This document shows, in pieces, positions 14,401 to 26,889 of a stretch of 64,000 nucleotides of DNA. Below the pieces are notes generated by a model. That model saw only the letters and a program-made list of their open reading frames with translations, was not told the origin of the DNA and made no database searches. The stretch comes from Camelus dromedarius. Lineage: Eukaryota. The stretch is taken from NCBI RefSeq assembly GCF_036321535.1, contig NC_087436.1, positions 22,136,001 to 22,200,000 of the forward strand, read 5' to 3'. Positions within the stretch are counted from its first letter, which is position 1, and each line of letters starts with the position of its first letter. The position numbers and the translations under genes were made by a program.

Positions 14401-16670
14401 CTGTGCTAGATGCTACAAAGGATCCAAAGACAAAAGTTATCAAGGACTTCCAGGAGACTCCAGACCAAACTTTGAGAACCATGATTTAAGGAATAAACTA
14501 ACAGGTGTGAAAGTACTTTGCCAAGAAGTGTTGGTCTTGATGGATTCACACAGAACCTTATGAACATTGTTCATATGATATGGCTAATTTTCTAGTCCAG
14601 CGCTTGGCAAATTGGTATGTTAGCTGATAGTCAAAATCATTTAGCTCCGAGAATTTTACATAATCTTATGTGTTTTTTCTCCTTGGCTGCATTTACCATC
14701 AAATAACACTTTTTAAAGTATTAATCAAAATCAATAGGCTTATGGTGCTACATCTGGTACAAAAAGCATGTGATGTTTGTTATTCCTGCTCAGAATCACA
14801 AATGTAAAGTCTTTGCATTGAAAACACACACCATATAAGTTTGTAACACTGCGCGTAGCCATTATAATAATAGCCATGAACAATATATATTGCTAAACCT
14901 CCTTACGCACCGATTCCACATAATTTTAATCTTTGCATTCTCTGTAGCAGCCAGCACGGTGTAAAATTCATTCTAGGGTCAATAAAAAAACCCCAAAAAC
15001 TAAACTAAATAGAACAGCTTAAGGAAGTAAGACTTAAGGTTCTTGTTTTGAAAACTTTCAATCTAAAAAGAGACACAGAGGTACACTCAGGAAACAGCTG
15101 AAGAAATTACTGAATCTAAATATGAAAACAATTAATTTAGTAAATATTTATTGGATATTTTCTGTTTATGTTCCATGGACTTAAATCTTGAGAGCATTCT
15201 GAATAGCAGAGCTGTAAAATACAACATTGCAAAATAAGAATATTAGGTTAAAATTGCCCTAAATGTCAGGTTTCCAGTGTGAATGGGAGATATGAATACA
15301 TAAAAGTCATATGTCTGTATCCATTTGGTGAAATAGAACAGGCCTTTTGTTAGGAACAGGAAGTTGTAGGGTTGCCTCTGTATAGGGAAGCCGATTCTCA
15401 GGATAGTAGCCTGATCTCTGTGAGTTACGGACTTCTTCATGAGAAAGGTTTAATCTAAACCATTCCTGTAAGTCGTAGATGATGGTCTTCTTTTGGAAAG
15501 GGAGATGGCTTATAGCTAGTTATTATGTGGAAGCGTGTCAGGGACAAATCATGAAAGAATTTGAAGACCAGTCTGAGTTCATTGGATTTGATCAGGCAGT
15601 TAATAATCACTATACATCCTAGAACAGAACACTGATATGATGAATATAATGTTTGCAAACGATCACTTTAGCAGCCCTATGTAGGCTGAAAGGGGTAGAG
15701 AAAATATTGGAAATAGGAGAAATAAAGAATTTTAAGTATGTCCAAGCATCATTGCACATTGCTGTCATGATTTGGGAAGTGCATTTCCAAAATAGCTGTG
15801 GATAAAAAAAAAAAAAAAAAGGATTACCTCTGACTTCTGGTTGGTCAGGAAAACAATTTAAAGAACATTCCATTTTAAGAGCTGCTTGCAGTGATTCATT
15901 CTTTTCGTAAACTAGGATCCTAATATAAGCACTAAAAAATTAGGGGAAGGTATAGCTCAGTGGTAGAGTGTGTGCTTAGCATGCCCAGGGTCCTGGATTC
16001 AATCCCCAGTACCTCCACTAAATGAATAAACAAATAAACCTAACTCCCTCCCTCCCCACTCCTCAAATTTTTTTAAATTATGAAAGCATATTCTTTTCCC
16101 CATCAAGAAATTTCCTGAGTAATGTTATGAATGATATGAATGAGGAATGAGTGGTGGACTCTGAGGGTACAGGAAGTAACATTTAAATCAATGCTTTAAA
16201 TTATTTGTCTTCCTTCTTCAAATGCTTCAGGGGCATATATATTCCATTATGAACAGTGACCTCAGTGGCCATGAATGGCACAGAGGGGCAGTCCCTGGAG
16301 GAGGAAGAGAGGAGTGGGGGGATGGTGAGGACACTTAGGGAGTAGCCCAGGCAAATTGGATACACCCTCCTGGGGAGGGCAGTCTGAGCCCTGGGAGTCT
16401 CTGGACCGCTCCATGCTCGGCACAGAACTCCTCGGCAGACGAACTTCCTGTGTTGTCATCTGTTTGCTTTCTTTTCATTTGCATTTATTTGTTTATGTCT
16501 GATGTATTTACTCTAAAAATTCACTCTCCTCCTCCCTTCATCTCCTTCCTCCTTTCTTTTCTTTTCTTTTCTTTTCTCTTTTCTTTTCTTTTTTCTTTTC
16601 TTTCTTTTCTTTTCTTTCTTTCTTTCTTTCTCTCTCTTTCTTTCTTTCTTTTTTCTTTTTTTCTTTCTTC

Positions 16671-16745
<75 letters not shown>

Positions 16746-16748
16746 TCC

Positions 16749-16835
<87 letters not shown>

Positions 16836-19800
16836 TTCCTTCCTTCCTTCCTTCCTTCCTTTCAAGCTGGAGATAGAAGGAAACTCACTTGAAGAAATAA
16901 ATACTGGTCTCTCTGTGTGTGAATACAGGTCTCTTGACAAACTCCTGGGTGGGGCCAGAAAAGTTTTGCTTCCTCTGGAAGTTGAAGCAGAGTCCCATGC
17001 TTAGGGATGGACTGTCTGAGATACTGTCTCCCACTCCTGGTTCACACCCTAAGAACACAGCAACGTGCTCTCTGTGTCTCCTGTCTGCCGTCCAGAGGAG
17101 TGTCAGTTTTGTAAAGACCCATGAAGCTTAATCTATGAATCATAGGTTAATAGATCCATGATCTCAGGATCAGCTTATTTGTAAACTGCTTATTTATAAA
17201 TAAGACATCAGCTGATTTATAAAACATCCTCATACTTTATGAGCAAGCGTTTGTATTGTTTGGCCAGAGACAAAAATCTCCTTTTGCCTTGTGAAATTAG
17301 ATGCTACAACAGATTTTATCTTTTACTTAAAGTTGCCTTTACTTAAAAGCTAGAAAATAATTTGCTTTTTATTGATCCGAAATCAGCACAGGTGACAGAA
17401 ACAGAAAGCCGTTTGGCTTGTTATACGTGATTTATTGTTGTGGGAACACATCTCTAGCATATTGGATACAATCTTTTTCCACTTTTCACTCTCTTTCCTG
17501 AGTAGTCTTTAACTCAAACTGAAATGTAGTCTATGATATCATAATATAAACTATATTATATATGTGTAAGTCAATGATCACCAGTTAAACAGGGTTCAGA
17601 GTAAAAATAAAGCTGAAAGTAGTTTTACCAAAATGTCTGGTTCAGCCTTTTTGAAAGCATGTGCACTGCCTCGGGTTTCACAAGCAAAACAAAAGAATTT
17701 CATTTTCTATTTGGTTAGCTCCGAAAACATTTTTTTTTCTTTTTTCTTCTGTTCCTTCCTAGTGTGCCCTGGTATGTGAATGTCCAGCTCCAGAAAGTGT
17801 GAGCAGAAAAGATAACTTACCTTTTTTGAATGCAGGTATGTACCTCCGTTTTGGAAACTTATGTTAATTTCATATGAACATAGATTTTAATATCCTGTGG
17901 ACTCAGTACTGAACCTGGGCAGCGTTCCCACAGAATCCTGGTGAGCTCTCATCAAATACTGGTAATTATGGGAGTCAGCAGAGTGGGGAGGGTGACAATT
18001 GCATCCAACAGATAAATAAATACCTTGGCTATAAGGCAAAACAGATTCCTTTTAGCTGTTGGATTTTGTATTATCTGAAATAAGACACATTTGAAGAAGG
18101 AGTAAGTGTAAGAAATGTGAAGGTCTTAATTAGTTTGAATTTCTAATTATAGAGCGCAAAGTTGTTAAAGTATGTATATAGATTCAAGAGGAAAAATTCT
18201 ACACACATTTGTACACTCCTGGGTGTGTATCTATATATTGTGTTACTTAGAGTAAAATGTTTGAATTTCAACAAAGCACCAAACAATGTGTTAAATGATG
18301 ACTTTGAGACATCTGATACAGTTACACAATATGTGATAGTATGTATCTGTAAATTAAGGAACTGATCTTTGAGTGATGATATAAATTATGTTACCAGTAG
18401 TAATAACAATAGTAGTGACTATTACAGTGACAGGCAATATTCCAAAGGCCTCATACGCCTTACCTTACCTTGCTTTCTGATGTGTGCTATGAAGAAATTG
18501 CTCAAGGTCTCTACCTGACAGAGAGCAGGTCCAGAATTTAAATGCAGTGTTAATCCTAAGAGCTTCGCTCTTAATTACTAGGTCATGCTGTTACTAAAGA
18601 CCCATTAATTAACAAGTTGGTGTAACAACAGATTAAACCTTAATATTTTTCTAGCCTTGCTATGTTGGACATTTCAACAGTGACAAAGATGGCGCGATAA
18701 TCAGATTAGTGAGTGATACCAGACTTCAAAGGCTTACAAGTTCATAACTCCTAAAGTCTTCGCAGTTTTTCTCTGCAGGAAGTCACTAATAATAGGGGAT
18801 AGAGAAAGTCAGGCAATGTTTTGACTCAAAGAACTCAAAATAGAATATAGCAACCAAAAACCAATTAACTGTATTTATTACTATAGTGTAGAAGGATTAA
18901 ACCGGAGAGGAGCAACTACTTCTCAGCCTCTGACAAAATGTCATATTTTAGATGTTATTAAGGATGTAATTATCAGAAGGGATGTGCATCAGACAGTACA
19001 GGGACTACCCTGATAGCTAGACCAGCCATGCACCATAAAAACACTTGGTTAAGTTATCCTCAAATATCTAAAATACATAATGTATCCTCAAAGGTTCCTC
19101 CTCACATATACTTTTTCACCTGAAGGTTGACCAGACCTTTATCCTTTATTTCAGTGCATCCAGCTAATCTATTTAACGTACCCAATGTCAATTTTGAGAA
19201 ATAAAATTGAATGTGAGAGCTATTACATACATGTGAAGTACAGTTTGAATGAATCAGGTTATCATCAAAATCACCTACCCTTTAATTTTAAGACACTTTT
19301 TAAATGATTCACTCATGTGAACCTTGTAATGTTGTATGCACACAAAAAGAAACGCCATTTTAAAAATACTGATTGGTTTAATATAAACTTCAGAGAGAGA
19401 CAGAGAAAAAATGTCTCTCGGAGTAAGAAAATGTATTACCTAAGGAAGAAGAGACAAAGGGAATATAGTGAAAATAAATCTGCACCTCCTAATACTTGTG
19501 CCATTAAATCTGTAAGCCATGAGTCTTGGAAGCATACTAACTCTTCCAGATTACTAGGGTACAGTTCCTAATGTATAAATTGCAATATGACAAGAAACTG
19601 TAATATGACAAAGACAAGTGACACAGGAGTGATGGAAGCATCTTCATTCTGCAATGTAGATATACTTACTTAGTGGAGTGAAAGATGATTGATGGCTGCT
19701 TTTCCCTTTTCCTGGAGACAACAGTTTTGGTGCTGATACTCCACTGAGTCCTGCTATTTCTCTACATCCTTAGTCCAGGCAATCTGAAGAGGCACTCGGA

Positions 19801-22800
19801 ACCCAGAATATTTGCCATAAATATTTCCTTTGAGCCTTCTTATGTTAGGGAAAGATACGGCTATGGGACAGTCAAATGTTATAAAAGCTAGATTAAAAAC
19901 ATTTTTAAATACAACTGAATGCTCTATATGACATGTTCAAAATGTAAACGTGCGTTGTGCAGGGATAGAATATGTAGCTAGAATGTGTACTTTTGACTTT
20001 GGCCTTTGTGTACCTTGGTGTTTGTTCTATGTGTTTATCTGTCTAAGCTCAGGAACCTTGGAATTAATCCTTTATATTCCCATGTGGTACTTTTTAAAAC
20101 TCTGTAGGCAAAGGGAGCTATTGACATTCTTCTCAAGTCTTTGTTTCCATGTATTAAATGGAACGCGCCAGCCTCCAGTGAGTTATGAAGTCCTTCCTGA
20201 GTGAGTGGAAGAGGATGTCATATCTCATAGCTGCTCTTCACAGTTCTATTTATATCTCTAGAGGTTTAATTCATAACTCAGGAAATTCACGTATCTGTCG
20301 TGAGACGAAAAAGAAAAAGCTCTTCCCCCTGAGGTCTCACTTTTTCATGCCCTGTTTGCCTTGCAAGTTGAGTGTCTATGTTGGGAGCCATGGGGAGTGG
20401 AGGACAGGAGGAGAGAGAGGATGAGGGGGAGGGGGAGAGCAGGCAGAATTTACAATTTCTTAAAAGTTGGTATATAAGTACCTTTGCTATATGAGAAAAC
20501 AGATTCTTTTCAGCTGTTGGGTTTTATATTTTTCTGAAACAAAAAAATGCACTGGAAGGCATAGCTAGTATTAGAATTGTGAGGTTCTTATTTGGACTTT
20601 GTTATTATACAGTTCATCAAATAAAGATTTACCTATTTAATGATTGGTTTATTCATTTATGCAAAACGGTAGTAAGAACATTTAAAGCTGCTCATTGTTG
20701 GGGACTTGTCTGCAGAACGGGGAGTAGGGGAGTGAATTTTGAACATAGAAATACAGGTGGCTGGTCTCTTCCCTGGTCACAGAGTTGGGTGTCCTGCCAA
20801 GTCACATCGGCTGAGGCACCTTGTCTTCAGCAGAGTAAGGGCAAGGCTCTGGTGGTGTTAGTATCAGAACACTGGACAGGCTGTCCCAAAGAACCAGTGT
20901 CACAGCCTGAATTTGCTAACCAGCAGTGTGACCCTGACAGACCGGTCAGCTTCTTTGGATGTCAGTTCTTTTAAAATGACCAAATTGACCTGGACCGTCT
21001 TTGATTTCCTTTTTGGCTCTCCATGTCTGAAGTCTGAAGAGGGTCGTTTAGCTTTTGCTTTGTTTTCCTTCTGTTTAGAAGTACTTCATTGAAGTATTCA
21101 CTTGAATCTGTTTCCCATGAAGTCACATATCCATCCTTTGTCACTTACGGTTGTCTTTTTTTGGGAGTTATTTATATTTAATAAGCCCGTAAGCTTTTAA
21201 AAAATTTTGTCAAGAAGACAATTCTCTCTGGATTTCCCAATTTTACCAATTTTCTGTGTAAAAGTATAATGCTGCGGAAAACTTCAGCCTGTGGACTTGG
21301 CTATTATTATGCCAAATCTGAGGGGCTAATGGGCCCTGTCACAAAGTTTCCTATTATCTTCACATTTTGAGTGAGGTTCCCCCTGTCAGCAAGCATTCGA
21401 TCTGATACAGCATCTTTCTTGGTTGAACTGCATACTTCTTGAGTCATGAAATTATTCCTGATACATTTTTTAAAGACCACTTTCATGCTGTGGATTAACG
21501 TGTGGGCCGCCTGTCCCACTCACATATCTGACAGCGATGATGTCCATGACCCTGTAAGTCGGAATCTAAGCAACAACTCTGCTCTTAGCCCTAAATCCGA
21601 GCAATTTCCCTCCTGTTTGGAGAATTTATTGGTGTTTGTCTTCCTGCCTCACAAATGAATCACACTTTTTCTCAAAAGAGTTCACGCTATCTTTGGTTCT
21701 TTTTCTCCAGATAGGGTTAAGCCATTTACTACTGTTGCTTTACAGAAGATGCCCGATTATGAGCTATCGAAGAAGGTACGTTGCTTATTCATTTCTGTGT
21801 CTGCAAGGCCAGACCACAATAGGAACTCAGGAAGTATTTGTCAAATGGCTGATAATGTGTGTATCTTATCATTTGAATTTATGCTTCAGGTAACAGAAAA
21901 CTGCACTGTTATTCTTTCCATGGGAAAGATGTTCAAATTTAATTATTTAGGTTTGAAATAAAGGAATTTATTACTAAATTCCTTTAAAATCACTGCCCAA
22001 TTCTCATTTTTAGTTAAGTTTTTTTCATGTCTCATTTGGCACCAGAGAGATAGTCTTTCACAATACCACACAACTGAACTCAGTATTGGGGTAATATTTC
22101 CACTACCACCTCCATCCAAAGCAATGCATAACAATATTTTAAAAGATATTTTCATATTTCAAAAATACTTCCCTCTATACTCATTTTGACTCCTGATAAA
22201 TTACAGCCAAAAGCAGATCCCCAGTTTCCCCTGTTTTTTCCTTTTCATTCATGAGATAGTAAATCAAATACCTTGTCAAATTTTAGATGGTATCAGTTTA
22301 GACTCACAAAAATATCTCTGTTGTATTTCTCCATACTAGTTTAAATAGATTGTGCCCTTGTATTTATAAGTCTATGGTATACAAAATATGGGGCCATATT
22401 GGCTTATAACACCGGCCCTTTATTCTTTATATTTACTTACCAGATTTCTTTGTCATTTGCTGTTTTAACAAACCCATTAACCTTACTCTTTAGGAGTTTT
22501 TGTATGTTTTTATTACTGTGTACTAATATAGTTAGGCTGTTAAATGGCTTCACTGTCTAGTATTCAATGAAATCATCTCTTGGACACCTTTAACTTCAAC
22601 CATCTTCCTGCTATAAGTTCATCACCTCCTCCTCTGCCCACCTTAGGTAAAGGAGAAGAAAAATAAAGGCAAGAAGATGATATAGTCAAAAGTTTAACAT
22701 CTGGTGGGCAAATGTGAGGCTGGCTTTCTCAGCTGTGGTGTTTTCCTTCTTTTATTCTGATGCCTGTGGTCTCCCTTATAGTGAGGTTTTTATTGTCCTT

Positions 22801-25800
22801 CCCTCTTGCATTTTTGCCACTCAATTTACAGTTTGGGGGGCCCTACCTGTTCTCTTGGGGAAAGTGATGTTGGGAAACATCTGAGTTGTAAGGTTTAAGG
22901 TCATTTCTGTGGGATGTTTGCATTTACTGGGTACTGTGCTAGGTGCAGGAGATAGATGAGGAAGAAGAAAACAGCACAGCCGTGGCCTTCATGAAGCTCC
23001 CATTCCAGTAGTGGACTCAGCAGTAAACAGACAATGATAGCACAACTGGTAAGAACCACGATGGAGATGGGGGTGGGGAATACAAAGGAGAGACACCCGG
23101 AGGGAAGGAGGAGGTTGAAGCCAAGGAAGGCTTCCTGGAGGAGGTGCTGGCTGAGCTGAGTTTATAGATGATTACTTGTAACCAAGAAAAAAGAGGGTGT
23201 TCCTTTGAGGTGCAGGGAATGCCTTGAACAGAGGCAAATTGACAAGAAACAGCTTTTCAGTGAACTATGGGTCGTTCCAGGTTGCTCTGCATGAAACATG
23301 AACCAGAAAAGGACACTTTTCTAGATGTGTCCTTTAATGACTGAATTAGAATGATCAGAACAAATCATTCAGCCTAGAACAAATGAAGCAAATCATTTGT
23401 CTGACTGCCCAAACTCTAAATCCAAATTCTACACACTGAACTTACCAATTGTCACCAACTGGAGACTACATTTCCACAAATACTATCTTTGTGTTTTATT
23501 CCAACATCTGTAATAGTTTTCCTTACTCCTGGCCTTGAATTGAAGATGGGGCGCCAAGAGCTGGTGGGTTTGGCTGGGCTAGGGAAGCAGCACTTGGTCC
23601 AACTTGCTTTAAATCCTATTTCTATTCTTTTTTTATTGTTGTTGCTTTAAAAACAACATAATAACATAACTTAGATTTTATGCCATGCGTAAATAAAGTT
23701 AATTTTAAAATTCCTGGGAATTTATTTTGTTAACAGTTTATTTCATCCTTTTTATCTTAGAAGAACTATTTCTTTGTTGTATTTTCTGAGCTCCTGTCCT
23801 GTTTTCTTACCCTCTCTTTTCCATCGTCATGCTTAGGACAGTGTTTTAAAGATTTCTATTTAGGTTTGTTTAGTTCTCATCTAATCTTAAAAAGAACCAA
23901 TCTGCATTTAAGATGTATGGATATAAATATAAGATATTTTCCAGGACAAATGAGAGTGTGTCATTATCTAATTAGATTACACAGACATATCTTTACTAAG
24001 TCTAATGTAGCATTTGGAGAATAGGCAATGCATGTACATCCAGCTGAATAATGAAACACTTAAACAACGGTATAATTAAAAGCTACAGAATGAGTAGATT
24101 CTCCACAAGAATTTGCAGTACATTAAAATGGTGATTTTTGTAAGGCTTGAAGCCAGTTAAGTTAGATTCCACGTGAATATATGACTTCTACGACCTCCTG
24201 AAAGCAAGCAATTGCATGAAGGTAATCACAGATGAGCTGCCCCTGGAGAACTGTGTTAAAGACAACCTGATGAAATAAACATTTGGCATTTCGATGATCT
24301 CCTCAACCCTGAATCCTGGTTTCCAAAGTTCCCTGTTTAATCCACTGACATCCCCAACACAAACACAGAAAAGGGAAAAATCATCCCTATGATGTCTCAC
24401 TAGTTTATCTTTTCAGCCCCAGGTTGGCTGAGCAGCCATCTTTCCTCACGTGTTGTCTGTGTGTTGGCTTTGTCGAACGTTTCCTTGGCATCTTTACTTT
24501 GATAATTCAGAGTTGAAACCCTAGGCTTTCACAATTGCTGAATCCCATGGAAAAGCAGGTGGTGTGTTACCTTGTTAAAGAGGACCCGTTACAGTGTCTG
24601 GTAGAAACGATGCAGAAACTTGAGTTGTGCTGCACTTTAAGGAGAGAAAAAATCTTATCATTTACTTTCTTTCTCTGTGTTCACCTTAGGGGATGGATCT
24701 CAAGGGGAATGTATTCATATCTGGACCAGCTTATTATCCAAATCTTTACCGTTATTGTCATTAGTAAGACCACGATGGGGTCCAAAATATCTTCCCTACT
24801 TTTCTCTTGGTAGAATCTGTCACATGATGTTGTTAGCAATTATTTTGGCAACAGCAGTGAAAAAAAAAATGAATATGGACAGGGCTCTCTTTAAAAAGAA
24901 TTTATAATAGATGTTAGTTACTGTTGCTGACTTGAGCCTATTGTGTGGTCAGAAATGCATCTTCTATAGGAGAAACACTTGGCATTAGTCGTGAGCCAGA
25001 GCTGAAAGTAGTGGGCTCATTTACACAGCTGGAGTGTGTGTGCAGAGCTGCTGAAATTGTATCTCTGCTATAGGGGAGAAGCATTTATAAAATGACAAAA
25101 GCATTCATCATTTATGGCCCACTATTCAATATTTGAAGCATGAATACCATGCCTTTCTTTTATGTGAGGACGACAAAAATTTCCCCACTTTGATCCCAGC
25201 AAAATTTTGTGTTGAAAACATCATGTCTAGTCTGTTTGTAACCATGCAACAAATTTCACGGTAATTAAAAGTCAGGCCTTTTTTTTTTTTTTTTTTCATT
25301 TTCTAAGTGATACTCCCTTATATGGTATCTCAGGCTACAGAGTAGTTCTTCTTGCTTTATGCATGGTAGGTACTCAGTAAGCAGTGCTGCTGGATCAAAC
25401 TGCATTGTAAAATGGATCCCACTAGGTCTACATTGAGATCCTAATAAATATATACAATTTAGTATTAATGTCTGGAGATCTATGAATTTCAAAAGGTTAG
25501 AACCTATAGCATAAATGTTAGGAGACATTATGGAGAATTTCTTTTCTTGGTAGATCAAGTTGCCTAATTTTCTTTCGTTTGCCCCAAACATTTTCCTTAA
25601 GAACCAGCTGCATTCCCACAGGATCCTTGGATGTTTGTTGTGTACTGGGTGGTCAGAGGAGAATTCTATACCCCAGTAATCACACTGTCCTTGATTTCTA
25701 CCTAAGTTATTTCAACAAAGTTTTATATTTAGAACACAGTGAAGAGCATTAAAATGAAAATACTAAAATCAAAAGTTGAAGGACTAGTTTGGGATAACAA

Positions 25801-26852
25801 GTTAAATGAAGAATTTTATATTTTGAAATTTATTTAAAAATACAAATTTTCTAAAAAAAAAAAAAGTTATTTTATAAATGACAAGAAAAATCCAAAGATT
25901 TTTAACCATGTTTTGGGTGATGCAGAGAGTCTGTGTAATCTTGAAGAAAAAAAAAAAACAGAGGTTAAAAAGCAGTGCATATACTGACTGTAGATAAACC
26001 TAGTAATTGAATATTTACTTAGGTTACTAGGAAACATTTGGACATTTCCCAGACTGAGTTTTTGTCTTACTGTAAAAGGATGTGTTTACTATGTTAGCTA
26101 TATTAGAATTCCTGAGATACCATAAATGGTTTACCTGACTGACAATATATTGAATTTCATACGTACACTTTTCCTTCTCCAATTCTAGAGATATGACAAT
26201 AGAGGGTATGGTAAAATTCTTACATCTTTAAAATATTATCACTCTAAAAATGAATGAAATGTCATAATTTATTTCATTGACTGGCTGTAATTTATTTTAT
26301 TTCTGTTAAAAAATATATCTGATAAGGGCTAATATTCAAAATATATAAAGAATTCATACACATCAATACCAAAAATAACAATCTGATAAAAATGTGCAGA
26401 GGATCTGAAGAGACATTTTTCCAAGAACGACATACAGATATCCAACAGGTACATGAAAAGTTGCTCAACACAACTATTCATCAGAGAAATGCAAATCGAA
26501 ATCACAATGAGTTATCACCTCACATCTGTTAGAATGGAAAATATCAAAAAGACAAGAAGTAACAAGTGTTGTTGGCAAGGATGTGAGAAAAGGGAACCCC
26601 TGTGCACTGTTAGTGGGAATGTAAATTGGTGCAGCCACTATGGAAAACAGTATGGAGATTCCTCAGAAAACTGAAAATAGAACTACCGTGTGATCCAGCT
26701 ATTCCACTTCTGGGTCTATATCCAAAGAAAATAAAAACACTAATTCAAAAAGATACATGCATCCCAATATTCATAACAGCCTTATTTTCAAGAGCCACAA
26801 CATGGAAATAACCTAAGTGTCCACTGACAAATGGATAAAGAAAATGTGGTGC

Positions 26853-26889
<37 letters not shown>

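Noticed and set aside
15943..16016. tRNA-like sequence (also 48696-48770 on the minus strand)
   Set aside because: A and B boxes are present, but the sequence has a SINE-type 3' extension, an A-rich tail and, in one copy, a TSD; a SINE head rather than a tRNA gene.
16450..17004. Longest ORFs in the track (184 aa on +, 139 aa on -)
   Set aside because: They are translations of the (TTTC)n/(TC)n microsatellite, giving low-complexity F/L/S or K/E/R runs; not genes.
24960..25150. Non-repeat segment with E-box CAGCTG and HOX-like TTTATGGCC
   Set aside because: Short motifs only; it cannot be distinguished from background without conservation data.
26453..26811. ORFs with real protein similarity (also 52672..52968 and 43024..43658)
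   Set aside because: Frameshifted fossils of L1 ORF2p and ERVL Pol, not host genes.
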